A DNA stretch of 64,000 bases from Tubulanus polymorphus (GCF_964204645.1 NC_134029.1:2976001-3040000), one strand, 5' to 3'; counted from the first letter of the stretch, positions 1 through 14,150 are shown. Numbers and translations are program-made. The notes: a model not told the origin generated them from the letters alone.

Positions 1-437
1 ACCACCGATAATTAAACAGCCTCCTCGCCAACCGTACTCATTCAAACAGTAGTTGATGATGAAAGGGAAAACGAAGGTTCCTCCAGATCCACTCATACCC
101 CGCAAAGCTTGAACCACTGCCACGTGATTCAGGAATCTGCATAATAGATATGGGCCCATGGCATTCATCAAAACTGCCAAACCACATCCTGAAAATAAGG
201 TCGTATATATTGAAAATATTTTCCAAATTGAATTAGATGTAGATGAAAGCTCTTTAAATTGAATATTAGAAATATTCTTGTTTCAGAAATGTCTACCAGC
301 GAGAACCCGAAGAGCTATAGCAACGTAGAAGTTGTATGCAAATGACGTCATTGTAATAGCAGTTGCGTTGATAACGGAGGCAATGAAGAAAACTTTGCAG
401 AAACCAAATCTTTTGACCGCCAAGTTTCCAAACAGTG
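1..437 (-). pseudogene. SLC16/MCT-like transporter copy 1; exon 2 (297-437) and start of exon 3 (1-188, runs off window); exon 1 absent locally
   Basis: Exon 2 (LFGNLAVKRFGF...) and exon 3 (CGLAVLMNAMGPYLLCRF...GWRG) match the other copies. Intron-1-like sequence continues to about 570 and then becomes unrelated, with no exon 1 before copy 2 ends at 1159. Confidence 0.6.
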
Positions 438-1158
438 CTGAAAAGATATAGATTCCTAAAATCTTCATTGGTATGTATTTGCTCGATTTGTCCTCTTAAA
501 TAATCATTTTATCGACGTCGAAACATACAAACTATGGACTTTGATGCCAGAAACGGTAACAATAATGAGTAAATATAATAATAACGGGTTGGCATTGTTT
601 TGATCTCAGATCAGAGTACTGTAATTAACTTTGATCCGAATGTCCCCTCGTGGTATATTTCTGGGAATTGGTATCTTTTCGTCGAGAAAGGCCATCTGAT
701 TCGACGCGTGAATTTCACATTGGACTGTCTATATGACCCACTCGCACTAACCATCTCGTGACTGTCTTCTAAAAGACATATATGGATTATACTTAGTGAT
801 ATCACTCAGGTCAGATGCCCCGTACGCATGGCGTGTTCGACCCTGATCTCTCTTAATTAATGCTTTCTGCGGCATGTGAGTTATCACTTACGCCGCCGAT
901 ACCAATGTTAAATACTTAGTTCGTTGCCCCATATATATCATTGACGGGGGTGAATTTATGAACTAATTCAGTATAAACATCACCACCGGACTGAATATTT
1001 CCCGCATTCAATAGCTTACTAAGCCTTAGTAAAATGAAGTTGGAGTGGGATTTCTGTTGATGGTTGGTCCATATTTGAATTTCCTCCTCATATGAAATAA
1101 TGATAGACAAAACAAAGCCCATGTTGTGCATTATATGGATTGATTGTTGTAACAAATA

Positions 1159-2954
1159 TCAAGTAAGGCTTTGAACACTGATTATATAATTTGCAGATTC
1201 AACTGTCAGTTTTTTAACTCGATTCTCATCATCATCAGTTTTCGTTTCTGATTTTTTAGTCAAATGTTTGATCAATCCTGGAATCATGATCACAACACTT
1301 AGAATCTGCATCCCAGCACAGAAATAGAACGAATAGGCATAGTTCCCTGTTGCATCGTATATCCAACCTGCGAATAAGGAATATCATATCAAACATGAGA
1401 TATTCCGTAGAAATATTTTTCTAAAATCTATCGTCTGAATTATCATTTTTGGTAATCATAACCATTTCAATAAAATCCATTCTAAGACTTAATGAGATGT
1501 ATTTTATGGGATAGTTTTATTGCGTTGAATAGACCTACCTGCAGCAGGAGCCCCAAGCAGATATCCAATTCCACTAAAAAACGTACTATATGAATATGAC
1601 ATGTACAAGCATTCACTTCCAAATAGCTGTAACGGAACCAGTACGTACAGACTACCAAAAGCAGACAGAAAGATCCCATTTGAAGCACTGGCTACCAGGG
1701 CTGCTGTATAACCCTTCAGAAATGGTAGTACACCAACTGGAATCGCAAGTAACGCGTTGAGAATCATGTATAAGGTGAATGTATCGATCCTCGGATGTTT
1801 GGTCATTATCGAGAATACAACTCTTCCAACAAGCAATGCTATAGCTATGGCGGATAACGTAAATCTTGATTGTTCTTTTGATATTTCTAGTAGAATTTTA
1901 GATCCTGATACAATATGTACATAGATCGTAGATACAGACAAGCACAATACGAAAGAATGTACAAGAAATGCTACGAACATTTTCCGTTTAAAAAGTTCTA
2001 GTTGATAGAGATTGTGCTTTGCATCTTTCCTTTGTCCCAATAGTGATTCTTGGTGCTCGTCTGGAGGATGTTGATTTCGATGTTGATTCTGATGTTTATC
2101 ATCTTTAGACCAATTACGAAACACAAGTCCAAGAGCGCATTGTTGGAATGAGATACCGCCGATAATCAAACAGCATCCTCGCCATCCGTACTCATTCAAG
2201 CAGGAGTTGATGATGAAAGGGAAAACGAAGGTTCCTCCAGATCCACCCATACCTCGAAAAGCTTGAACCACTGCCGAGTGATTCGGAAATCTGCATAATA
2301 GGTATGGGCCCACAGCATTCATCAAAACTGCCAAACCACATCCTAAAAATAGGTTCAAATTCAATAAGATGTAAATAAAAGTTACATGTATGTTCATAGA
2401 ATAATAGAAATAATCAAGTATCAGAACTCTAACCAGCGAGAACCCGAAGAGCTATAGCAACGTAGAAACTGTATGCAAATGACGTCATTGTAATAGCAGT
2501 TGCGTTGATAACGGAGGCAATGAAGAAAACTTTGCGGAAACCAAATCGTTTGACCGCCAAGTTTCCAAACAGTGCTGAAAAGAAATAGATTTTAAAAATA
2601 TTCATTAGTATAGAACTCGGATCGGATTGTACTTAAATCGATGCCGGACTTGATAACCTACGAGACATAGCAAAGACTATGGACTTTTATGCCAGAAACG
2701 GTAACAATAACGAGAAAATACACATATAACATACCTCCACAAAAACTAATTCCTACTATGACTGTACCGAGCCAGGCAGTCATACTGCTTCCCTGATGAA
2801 AATAATCCATCCATTCCGCTACCAGAATTCCATCAACAAAACATCCACCTACGATGAATTCAGCCGCGAAACCAGCTAGGATAATTATAACAGTCTCCAA
2901 ACGATTCGATTTTTCGTCTTCTATCATCGCGTCACCGGAGCGGTTTCCGCTCAT
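1159..2954 (-). CDS. SLC16/monocarboxylate transporter-like MFS protein, copy 2 (exons 2735-2954, 2434-2574, 1539-2342, 1159-1367; about 457 aa)
   Basis: GT/AG-bounded exons sum to 1374 nt in frame. Multiple TM helices and MCT-typical segments are present: WMDYFHQGSSMTAW, YGWRGCCLIIGGI, GAPAAGWIYDATGNY. Confidence 0.85.
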
Positions 2955-4698
2955 GTGTATATAATTTGTGTCATATTTGATTAAATCACGCCAAAGAAAG
3001 AAACTTTAATCGAACGACGTTTTTGAGTAGATCCCTGGAAATGTTTCCAACTATGGAATTATATGATCTTATCTTATCATGAAGGCCGTCTTACTCGACC
3101 AGCAGATTTGACCCGGGGTTTGAATGAATGATTGAATGAATTGTGTGTTCTTTGTATTAATAATACGTGATTAATTCAAAACATATACCGTATATTATGC
3201 ATGCATTTTGGAATGATGACACAACGAAGGACCCCAACAGTGCGGCGGCTGTGCGCAGAGTGGTCTGGGCCACTGATAAATGGAGGGGATGAAAAATTAA
3301 AAAAAGAGAAAAGAGATCAACAAAAAGCAAAAAAGGTTATAAGAAATAAAAAACGAATAAAAAAACAATATTTCAACGTGTAAATGTATTTATATACATA
3401 TCTGGTGAGTTCTATTAGTGATGACGTGGAGGATGCGAGGGCTGTAATACCGCTGATCACGATTACTTATATCGAATGGTTTGGGTTTTATTTGATGTTT
3501 GGTTCAAAAAATAGAAATGAACGATACCACATACCGGTATAAAATAAATACTATACTCACTGAATATATCTTGTATGTATAATCACGTCCACCAATTCAC
3601 AGAAGCTGAGTGCAGTTTCTGACATATCTAAATCCCCAAAAATCTCCGCATAAGCATTCTCAGATTTGATTGGCTAATTTGTCTATAACCTTAATTTCAT
3701 TGGATGGCGAGTTGTGCTTTCCTTGAGTATCGAAATGGTTAAGGATTTCTAATTATTTGAGATTTAATTAGAATTCTACCTCCTCAAGCATATGGATTGA
3801 TCTTGAATTGAATTAGTTTGCCTAATTATGTGAAGATTAAGCTTCACGTAAGTTAAGTACTCTATTGAGCCAAACCACATCAGAGTCAGCAGCTATTGTT
3901 CCAAAACGGTTTCTGCTGCCATTATTCCATTTTGTGCAGTTTGACTATCGTCTCTAAAACGAAGAGCCCATGGTTTTTTTTCATGTAGACGGAAGTCCAT
4001 GGGTTTATCAATCAAATGAGAACAGTGCGGGTTCACACTCGGGTGAACATATGAAACACGGATTTGCGCATTTGTACCAAGATAATAAGGAGAAAATAGA
4101 AAAAAGGAAATATCATTAACAAAGTAGAATTATATGAGATTTAGAAAGTATGAATTGGAGCAAAAAGTGTATGAAAGAAGTTGACGAAAGGTCGACTATT
4201 CCACAACATGGTACAAGCTATCCAAATACAGCTAAAGCTAGAGTAAATTGATTCATATCAAGGATATCAATAGGGGCAAATAAAAATACAAAATAAATAA
4301 AAATTGGCCTAGAGCGCTTAAGAGTTGTCGAATATTACATACTATTAGCATGAATTTAAGATTTGAATTTGTCAGATTTAATCTGTAAACCTGGGGGTTT
4401 AACCTTAAGCGATAACAGCTTGTTGTCAAATCAAAATCAGATTATGTCAATGATGAAGGAAGAGGCTCAAAAAGTGTTGATCCCTTTCTGTGTAACAGAT
4501 CTAAATCCAAACACTCCCCCATTAATAGTACCGACAGAGTAAAAAGTGGCTCACAATTCTTTAAAAAGAAGCAGATAATGCTTTAATATGGCTTTAAGTA
4601 TCAATGAAATTATACGATGAAACAAGTTGTTTGAATGATTGAATTCAATAGATGTAATTTCACATCACTGTCTATTGTTGTAGAAAAAAGCATCGTCG

Positions 4699-6424
4699 TC
4701 ATGGATCAAGTTGGACTTCAGATTCAAATGTCAGTTTTTTTACTCGATTCTCATCATCATCAGTTTTCGCTTCTGTATTTTTAGTCAAATCTTCGATCAA
4801 TCCTGGAATCATGACCACAACACTTAAAATCTGCATCCCAGCACAGAAATAGAACGAATAGGCATAGTTCCCTGTTGCATCGTATATCCAACCTGCGAAT
4901 AAGGAATATCACATCAAATATCGAATATCTATTAGCGAATATGGAACCTGAAAATATTTGAAATAATCAATATCTATAATTTCAGAGACATTCGTGCGAA
5001 TCCTTACGGATCGGGTTTTATACAAGGGTATACTTAATATTACATTGCATTGAGACCTACCTGCAGCAGGAGCACCGAGTACATATCCAATTCCACTAAA
5101 AAACATACTATATGAATATGACATGTACAAGTATTCACTTCCAAGTAACTGTAAAAGAACCAACATATGTAAACTACTATAAGCAGACAGAAGAACTCCA
5201 ATAGAAGCACTGACTACCAGGGCTGCTGTATAACCCTTCAGAAATGGTAGTACACCGACTGGAATCGCAAGTAACGCGTTGAGAATTATGTATAAGGTGA
5301 ATGTATCGATCCTCGGATGTTTGGTCATCATCGAAAATACAACTCTTCCAACAAGCAATGCTATGGCTATGGCGGATAACGTAAATCTTGCTTGTTCTTT
5401 TGATATTTCTAGTAGAATTTTAGATCCTGATACAATATGTACATAGATCGTAGACAGCGACAGGTGGAAGATAAACGAATGTACAAGAAATGCTACGAAC
5501 ATTTTCCGTTTAAAAAGTTCTAGTTGATAGAGATTGTGCTTTGCATTTTTATTTTTTTCCAAAAGTGATTCTTGATTGTCTTCATTATCCGGAGGTAGTT
5601 GTTCATCATTTTTAGACCAATTACGAAACACAAGTCCAAGAGCGCATTGTTGGAATGAGATACCACCGATAATTAAACAGCATCCTCGCCATCCGTACTC
5701 ATTCAAACAGTAGTTGATGATGAAAGGGAAAACGAAGGTCCCACCAGATCCACCGATACCTCGAAAAGCTTGAACCACTGCCACTTGATTTGGGAATCTG
5801 CATAATAGATACGGACCCAACGAATTTATCAGAACCGTAAAACCACATCCTGAAAATTTAATAGGTTTGTCTAAAATAATCGAATCAAAAATATGTTTAT
5901 CAATAAAAAAGAGAAGGAAGAATCAAACAACAGAATTCTTACCAGCGAGAACCCGAAGAGCTATAGCAACGTAGAAATTGTATGCAAATGACGTAATTGC
6001 AATAGCAGTTGCGTTGATAACGGAGGCAATGAAGAAAACTTTGCGGAAACCAAATCGTTTGACCGCCAAGTTTCCAAACGGTGCTGAAAATGAATTCAAA
6101 AATCTTCTTATTTACTGGAATCCATGTTTTAATTGAAGGACCTGATAACCTAGCGTCTATGTATAAACTATGGACTTTGATGCCAGAAACGGTAACAATA
6201 ACGAGAAAATATACATACATGTACAACATACCTCCGCAAAAACTAATTCCTACTATGACTGTACCGAGCCAGGCAGTAGTACTGCTTCCCTGATGAAAAT
6301 AATCCATCCATTCCGCTACCAGAATTCCATCAACAAAACATCCACCTACGATGAATCCAGACGCGAAACCAGCTAGGATAATTATAACAGTCTCCAAACG
6401 ATTCGATTTTTCGGCTTCTATCAT
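4699..6424 (-). CDS. SLC16/MCT-like transporter copy 3 (4 exons; starts at the second ATG, 6424)
   Basis: Same exon structure as copy 2. The first ATG (6455) is out of frame because of one extra base. The last exon ends ESEVQLDP*. Confidence 0.8.
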
Positions 6425-7672
6425 CACGTCACCGAAACCTGCGTTTTCTGCTCATACGTAAATTGTGTCGTTTCGATCTTCAGTTTAACTTTGAACAGTT
6501 TATTTGTGTTTCGAACTGAGAAATAATCGGTCTTATCTTTAGAAAAGGAGGCTATCATTACGTAATGAAGTGTCCCTCTTTTACCTATACTGAATACCAG
6601 ACGTTGATACGGTTCCCTACTTTGAGGAACAACGGAATGTAATGTGTATGTATAATCACGTCCACAAAGTCACAGAAGCTGAGTGTAGGTTCTGATATAT
6701 CTAAATCCCCCCAAAAAAACTCAACATAAGCTTTCTATCAGATTTGATTGGATAATTCCTTCTAAAACCTTAATTTCATTGGATGGCGAGTTGTGCTTTC
6801 CTTGAGTATCGAAATGGTTAAGTACTTTGTTATTTGAGATTTAATTAGAATTCTAACCCTTCAAGGCATATGGATTGATCCAACGAAGGTCCCATGGTGT
6901 TTTGCTGTGTTTTGGCGTCCTTGACGCCAGGGTGAGAGTCCATGGTTTTATTGATCAAAGGGAAAACAGTGTCACCTCAGGACGAACGTCCATACGAAAC
7001 ACGGATTCGCGTTTTTACCAAGAAAAGAAGAAAAGAAGGCAAAGAAAATATCAGACACAAAATAGAAATATTGGAGATTTAGAAATCATGAATTGGGGCA
7101 AATAGTGTGAAAGAAGATGACAAAATGTCAACTATTACACAACATGGTACAAGCTATCCAAATACAGCTAAAGCTAGAGTAAATTAATTCTTATCAAGGA
7201 TATCAATAGAGGCAAATAATAAATGGCCTAGAGCGCTTTGGAGTTGTCGAATATTACATACTATTAGCATGAATTTAAGATTTGAATTTGTCAGATTTAA
7301 TCCGTAAACCTCGGGGTTTTAACCTTTAGCGATAACAGCTTGTTGTCAAATCAAAATCAGATTATGTCTATGATGAAGGAAGAGGCTCAAAAAGTGTTGA
7401 TCCCTTTCTGAAGATCTAAATCCAAACACTCTCCCATTAATAGTACCGACAGAGTAAAAAGTGGCTCACAATTCTTTAACAAAAACAGATAATACTTTAA
7501 TATGGTTTTAAGTATCAATGAAATTATACGTTGAAACAAGTTATTTGAATGATTAAATTCAATAGATGTGATTTCACATTCGGGGCGGCCTGGAGTAGTG
7601 ATGGCGGCGAAGACCAGTTTTTGTTGTTGTGCACTGTCTAATGTTGTAGCAAAAAAGCATCATCTTCATGGA

Positions 7673-9449
7673 TCAAGAGAGACTTTGAACACTGATCATA
7701 TAGTTCGCAGATTCAACTGTCAGTTTTTTAACTCGATTCTCATCATCATCAGTTTTCGTTTCTGGTTTTTGAGTCAAATGTTCCATCAATCCTGGAATCA
7801 TGATCACAACACTTAGAATCTGCATCCCAGCACAGAAATAGAACGAATAGGCATAGTTCCCTGTTGCGTCGTATATCCAACCTGTGAATAAGGAATATAT
7901 GTCAATATAGAAATATATGTATCCTAAAAATATTTGAATTCATCGTTTTCTTGAATTTCAATTATTTCAAAGAAATTCGGTGCGAAACCTGTGGGCGATT
8001 ATACGCAGGGTAGACCTACATAATTGCATTGAATAGACCACCTACCTGCAGCAGGAGCACCAAGTATATATCCAATTCCACTAAAAAACATACTATATGA
8101 ATATGACATGTACAAGCATTCACTTCCGAATAACTGTAAAACCACCAACGTATATAAACAACCATAACCAGACAAGGAAATCCCAATAGTAGCACTGACT
8201 ACCAGGGCTGCTGTATAACCCCTCAGAAATGGTAGTACACCTACTGGAATCGCCAGTAACGCATTGAGAATTAGGTAGAGAGTGAATGTATCGATCCTCG
8301 GATGTTTGGTCATCAAAGAAAAGACAACTCTTCCAACAAACAATGCTATAGCTATGGCGGATAACGTAAATCTTGCTTGTTTTGTTGATATTTCGAGTAG
8401 AAATTTAGATCCTGATACAATATGTACATAGATCGTAGACAGCGACAGGTGGAAGATAAACGAATGTACAAGAAATGCTACGAACATTTTCCGTTTAAAA
8501 AGTTCTAGTTGATAGAGATTGTGCTTTGCATTTTTATTTTTTTCCAAAAGTGATTCTTGATTGTCTTCATTATCCGGAGGTAGTTGTTTATCATTTTTAG
8601 ACCAATTACGAAACACAAGTCCAAGAGCGCATTGTTGGAATGAGATACCACCGATAATCAAACAGCATCCTCGCCATCCGTACTCATTCAAACAGTAGTT
8701 GATGATGAAAGGGAAAACGAAGGTCCCACCAGATCCACCCATACCTCGAAAAACTTGAACCACTGCCACTTGATTTGGGAATCTGCATAATAGATACGGA
8801 CCCAACGAATTTATCAGAACCGTAAAACCACATCCTGAAAATTTAATAGGTTTGCATATCTTTAATAAAATGATCGAATCAAAAATATGATTATCAATAA
8901 AAAAGAGAAGGAAGAATTAAGTATCGGAATTCTTACCAGCGAGAACCCGAAGAGCTATAGCAACGTAGAAATTGTATGCAAATGACGTCATTGCAATAGC
9001 AGTTGCGTTGATAACGGAGGCAATGAAGAAAACTTTGCGGAAACCAAATCGTTTGACCGCCAAGTTTCCAAACGGTGCTGAAAATGAATTCAAAAATCTT
9101 CTTATTTACTGGAATCCATGTTTTTAATTGAAGGACCTGATAACCTAGCGTCTATGTATAAACTATGGACTTTGATGCCAGAAACGGTAACAATAACGAG
9201 AAAATATACATACATGTACAACATACCTCCGCAAAAACTAATTCCTACTATGACTGTACCGAGCCAGGCAGTCATACTGCTTCCCTGATGAAAATAATCC
9301 ATCCATTCCGCTACCAGAATTCCATCAACATAACATCCACCTACGATGAATCCAGACGCGAAACCAGCTAGGATAATTATAACAGTCTCCAAACGATTCG
9401 ATTTTTCGGCTTCGATCATCACGTCACCGAACCTGCGATTTCTGCTCAT
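7673..9449 (-). CDS. SLC16/MCT-like transporter copy 4 (4 exons)
   Basis: ATG at 9449, conserved splice sites, last exon ends YMISVQSLS*. Confidence 0.85.
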
Positions 9450-10671
9450 CCGTAAATTGTGTCGTTTCGATCTTCAGATTAACTTTGAACAGTTTATTTG
9501 TGTTTCGAACTGAGAAATAATCGGTCTTATCTTTAGAAAAGGAGGCTATCATTACGTAATGTAGTGTCCCTCTTTTACCTATACTGAATACCAGACGTTG
9601 ATACGGTTCCCTACTTTGAGGAACAACGGAATATAATGTGTATGTATAATCACGTCCACAAAGTCACAGAAGCTGAGTGTAGGTTCTGATATATCTAAAT
9701 CCCCCCAAAAAAACTCAACATAAGCTTTCTATCAGATTTGATTGGATAATTCCTTCTAAAACCTTAATTTCATTGGATGGCGAGGTGTGCTTTCCTTGAG
9801 TATCGAAATGGTTAAGTACTTTGTTATTTGAGATTTAATTCGAATTCTAACCCTTCAAGGCATATGGATTGATCCAACGAAGGTCCCATGGTGTTTTGCT
9901 GTGTTTTGGCGTCCTTGACGCTAGGGTGAGAGTCCATGGTTTTATTGATCAAATGGAAAATAGTGTCACCTCAGGACGAACGTCCATACGAAACACGGAT
10001 TCGCGTTTTTACCAAGAAAAGAAGAAAAGAAGGCAAAGAAAATATCAGACACAAAATAGAAATATTGGAGATTTAGAAATCATGAATTGGGGCAAATAGT
10101 GTGAAAGAAGATGACAAAATGTCAACTATTACACAACATGGTACAAGCTATCCAAATACAGCTAAAGCTAGAGTAAATTAATTCTTATCAAGGATATCAA
10201 TAGAGGCAAATAATAATTGGCCTAGAGCGCTTTGGAGTTGTCGAATATTACATACTATTAGCATGAATTTAAGATTTGAATTTGTCAGATTTAATCCGTA
10301 AACCTCGGGGTTTTAACCTTAAGCGATAACAGCTCGTTGTCAAATCAAAATCAGATTATGTCTATGATGAAGGAAGAGGCTAAAAAAGTGTTGATCCCTT
10401 TCTGTGTAACAGATCTATATCCAAACACTCCCCCATTAATAGTACCGACAGAGTAAAAAGTGGCTCACAATTCTTTAACAAAAACAGATAATACTTTAAT
10501 ATGGCTTTAAGTATCAATGAAATTATACGTTGAAACAAGTTATTTGAATGATTAGATTCAATAGATGTAATTTCGCATTCGGGGCGGCCTGGAATAGTGA
10601 TGGCGGCGAAGACCAGTTTTTGTTGTTGTGCACTGTCTAATGTTGTAGCAAAAAAGCATCATCTTCATGGA

Positions 10672-12415
10672 TCAAGAGAGACTTTGAACACTGATCATAT
10701 AATTCGCAGATTCAACTGTCAGTTTTTTAACTCGATTCTCATCATCATCAGTTTTCGTTTCTGGTTTTTTAGTCAAATGTTCCATCAATCCTGGAATCAT
10801 GATCACAATACTTAGAATCTGCATCCCAGCACAGAAATAGAACGAATAGGCATAGTTCCCTGTTGCGTCATATATCCAACCTGTGAATAAGGAATATATG
10901 TCAATATAGAAATATAAATATCCTAAAAATATTTGAATTCATCGTTTTCTTAAATTTTATTTATTTCAAAGAAATTCAGTGCGAATCCTGTGGGCGATTA
11001 TACGCAGGGTAGACCTACATAATTGCATTGAATAGACCACCTACCTGCAGCAGGAGCACCAAGTATATATCCAATTCCACTAAAAAACATACTATATGAA
11101 TATGACATGTACAAGCATTCACTTCCGAATAACTGTAAAACCACCAACGTATATAAACAACCATAACCAGACAAGGAAATCCCAATAGTAGCACTGACTA
11201 CCAGGGCTGCTGTATAACCCCTCAGAAATGGTAGTACACCTACTGGAATCGCCAGTAACGCATTGAGAATTAGGTAGAGAGTGAATGTATCGATCCTCGG
11301 ATGTTTGGTCATCAAAGAAAAGACAACTCTTCCAACAAACAATGCTATAGCTATGGCGGATAACGTAAATCTTGCTTGTTCTGTTGATATTTCGAGTAGA
11401 AATTTAGATCCTGATACAATATGTACATAGATCGTAGACAGCGACAGGTGGAAGATAAACGAATGTACAAGAAATGCTACGAACATTTTCCGTTTAAAAA
11501 GTTCTAGTTGATAGAGATTGTGCTTTGCATTTTTATTTTTTTCCAAAAGTGATTCTTGATTGTCTTCATTATCCGGAGGTAGTTGTTTATCATTTTTAGA
11601 CCAATTACGAAACACAAGTCCAAGAGCGCATTGTTGGAATGAGATACCACCGATAATCAAACAGCATCCTCGCCATCCGTACTCATTCAAACAGTAGTTG
11701 ATGATGAAAGGGAAAACGAAGTTCCCACCAGATCCACCCATACCTCGAAAAACTTGAACCACTGCCACTTGATTTGGGAATCTGCATAATAGATACGGAC
11801 CCAACGAATTTATCAGAACCGTAAAACCACATCCTGAAAATTTAATAGGTTTGCATATCTTTAATAAAATGATCGAATCTAAAATGATTGTCAATAAAAA
11901 AAAGAGATGGGAGAATTAAGTATCGGAATTCTTACCAGCGAGAACCCGAAGAGCTATAGCAACGTAGAAACTGTATGCAAATGACGTCATTGTAATAGCA
12001 GTTGCGTTGATAACGGAGGCAATGAAGAAAACTTTGCGGAAGCCAAATCTTTTGACCGCCAAGTTTCCAAATGGTGCTGAAAATGAATTCAAAAATCTTC
12101 TTATTTACTGGAATCCATGTTTTTAATTGAAGGACTTGATAACCTAGCGTCTATGTACAAACTATGGACTTTGATGCCAGAAGCAGTAACAATATAACGC
12201 CACATATAGAAAATTAACATACATCCGCAAAAACTAATTCCTACTATGACTGTACCGAGCCAGGCAGTCATACTGCTTCCCTGGTGAAAATAATCCATCC
12301 ATTCCGCTACCAGAATTCCATCAACAAAACATCCACCTACGATGAATTCAGCCGCGAAACCAGCTAGGATAATTATAACAGTCTCCGAACGATTCGATTT
12401 TTCGGCTTCGATCAT
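10672..12415 (-). CDS. SLC16/MCT-like transporter copy 5 (4 exons; GTG at 12445 where copy 4 has ATG, in-frame ATG at 12415)
   Basis: Exons 3 and 4 are nearly identical to copy 4 and splice sites are conserved. Confidence 0.8.
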
Positions 12416-12896
12416 CGCGTCACCGAACCTGCGATTTCTGCTCACACGTAAATTGTGTCGTTTCGATCCTCACATTAATCATTAAACTTTGAACAGTTTA
12501 GACTGTTTTTAGAACTGAGAATTAAACGGTCGTATCTTAAGAAAAGGAGGTTATCATTGTGTAGTGACCCTCTTTTACCTATTTACCCATGGAAGCCTAA
12601 TCCGATCAAGTCATACGATTGTATATATTTTGTGTATCAGACCTTGGAGTAATCATTGATCATGATCGGACGGTCTTCAGTTCAGAGGATTAAGAAACAT
12701 TTATCATTATAACATTTATCAATGCGCTGGTAATGTGATAGGCCTTGGACTCTCACTTGGCTAAAAAATCAGTTAAAATGAGCCGAAATATCTACTAAAA
12801 TATCTAGGCCCTACACTAGAATTTCATCGACGGATTCTCACGCGTGATTCTGGGGGATACTAAGTAGAGAGCTTTCGATTTCAAGATCGATACTTA

Positions 12897-12950
12897 GTTT
12901 CATCATGGACGTATAAACTAGATATCTAGTTTATACGTCCATGGTTTCAT
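12897..12950. mobile_element. Perfect 40-bp palindrome (12904-12943) flanked by a 7-bp direct repeat GTTTCAT; minimal TIR element or footprint
   Basis: CATGGACGTATAAACTAGAT|ATCTAGTTTATACGTCCATG, with GTTTCAT at 12897-12903 and 12944-12950. Confidence 0.7.
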
Positions 12951-14150
12951 TCGATATTGCATCGCGCTTCATGCAGCACGGTTAATTCACGAATTTTCCC
13001 TCACCGATCGATGACGATGCAGCACCTGACGGCCAATATCTCCTCTGTTCATTGACGATCATGTCATTTGATTATGATGAATAAACAAACTTGAACTTGA
13101 ACTTTCCTACTGCGGCAGGCGACCCGAATTAGATTTCGGTGACATTGACCTAAAACGGTGGCGAATGTTGATGATATTCAATTAAATTCAATATTTATTC
13201 ATCACTGTCGTAGAGCGTAGTAATAGCTAAACGACGTTTAACCTGGTTTGGTCATTTGATGCGTCTGTTTATCCTCAGACCCCTGTGCGCCTGGCTTTAG
13301 CTGAAAGGATACGATACACAAAGAAACCTCAACGCCGACCACAGTCCACCTAATATTAGTCTGCTGAATACCACCAGTCCGGCAGTCGTTGTTACCGGTT
13401 CCCATTCCCAGTACCCAGTACGACGTTGTTGTTTGTTGGGGAACAATTATATTTATAGGTACTAAACTAAACTACTACTACACAGTCCACCTGGTTGTAT
13501 AATCCGTGAATACCTGAAAAATTGTAAAATTTTTTAGTAAAAGCCCTTTGTGCCGTGGTCAAGTGGATATATAGAACTTGATTTTAAATTGACGCCAAGC
13601 ACCAAGCAACACATTTACTTTCCTCAACCTGGAGGAACTAACTGTAGACCACGATAATTGGAGGTCCCTTGTACCGCACAGGGGCTTTTCAAAAATTATG
13701 TAAACACATTTTTGGGCAAATTTAGAGGTTGTTTGTAGAACAACGGCTAGGTACTAGACTACCCCTCCCCCCTCATATAGGCCTAATTATTCATTTAGAC
13801 CATTACGACATTGGGAAGGCCTAGGTAACATCCTAACAGTAAATAATGCACCACTTGATTGTTGATTGTTATACGTTTAAATATCCACTGCGTTAGGCAA
13901 GTATGCAAACCGAATTTGTGGCCAAACTGTGATGAAATTGTGTCATCAATATCATCAAAAGACCACTCAGTAATGACAGAGACCACTCAATTATGACAAC
14001 CAATATTAATCATCATTCAATATAGAGCAAACAATTAGCAAGTTTTATATTTTAAAGTACTCATTTCGTATAACATTTCACCAGCAAATAAGATTTAGCC
14101 AGGCCTGCCACTGAGACAAATTCAATTTGATATTTCAGTAGAGTGCTAAT

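Larger units (their letters stand above)
3570..12500. repeat. Tandem segmental duplication with a unit of about 3.0 kb (gene plus intergenic spacer)
   Basis: Homologous start codons lie at 6455, 9449 and 12445 (spacing 2994 and 2996). Spacers 6460-7670 and 9455-10670 are nearly identical, and 3570-4690 is a more diverged homolog. Confidence 0.9.

Noticed and set aside
6875-10815. Repeated plus-strand ORFs (6875-7105/9869-10099, 7568-7816/10597-10815, 6170-6376/9165-9371)
   Set aside because: They recur only because of the 3-kb duplication, are antisense to exons or intergenic, and show no recognisable domain.
13550-13600. A-box-like TGGTCAAGTGG suggesting a tRNA or SINE head
   Set aside because: No B-box or acceptor stem follows.
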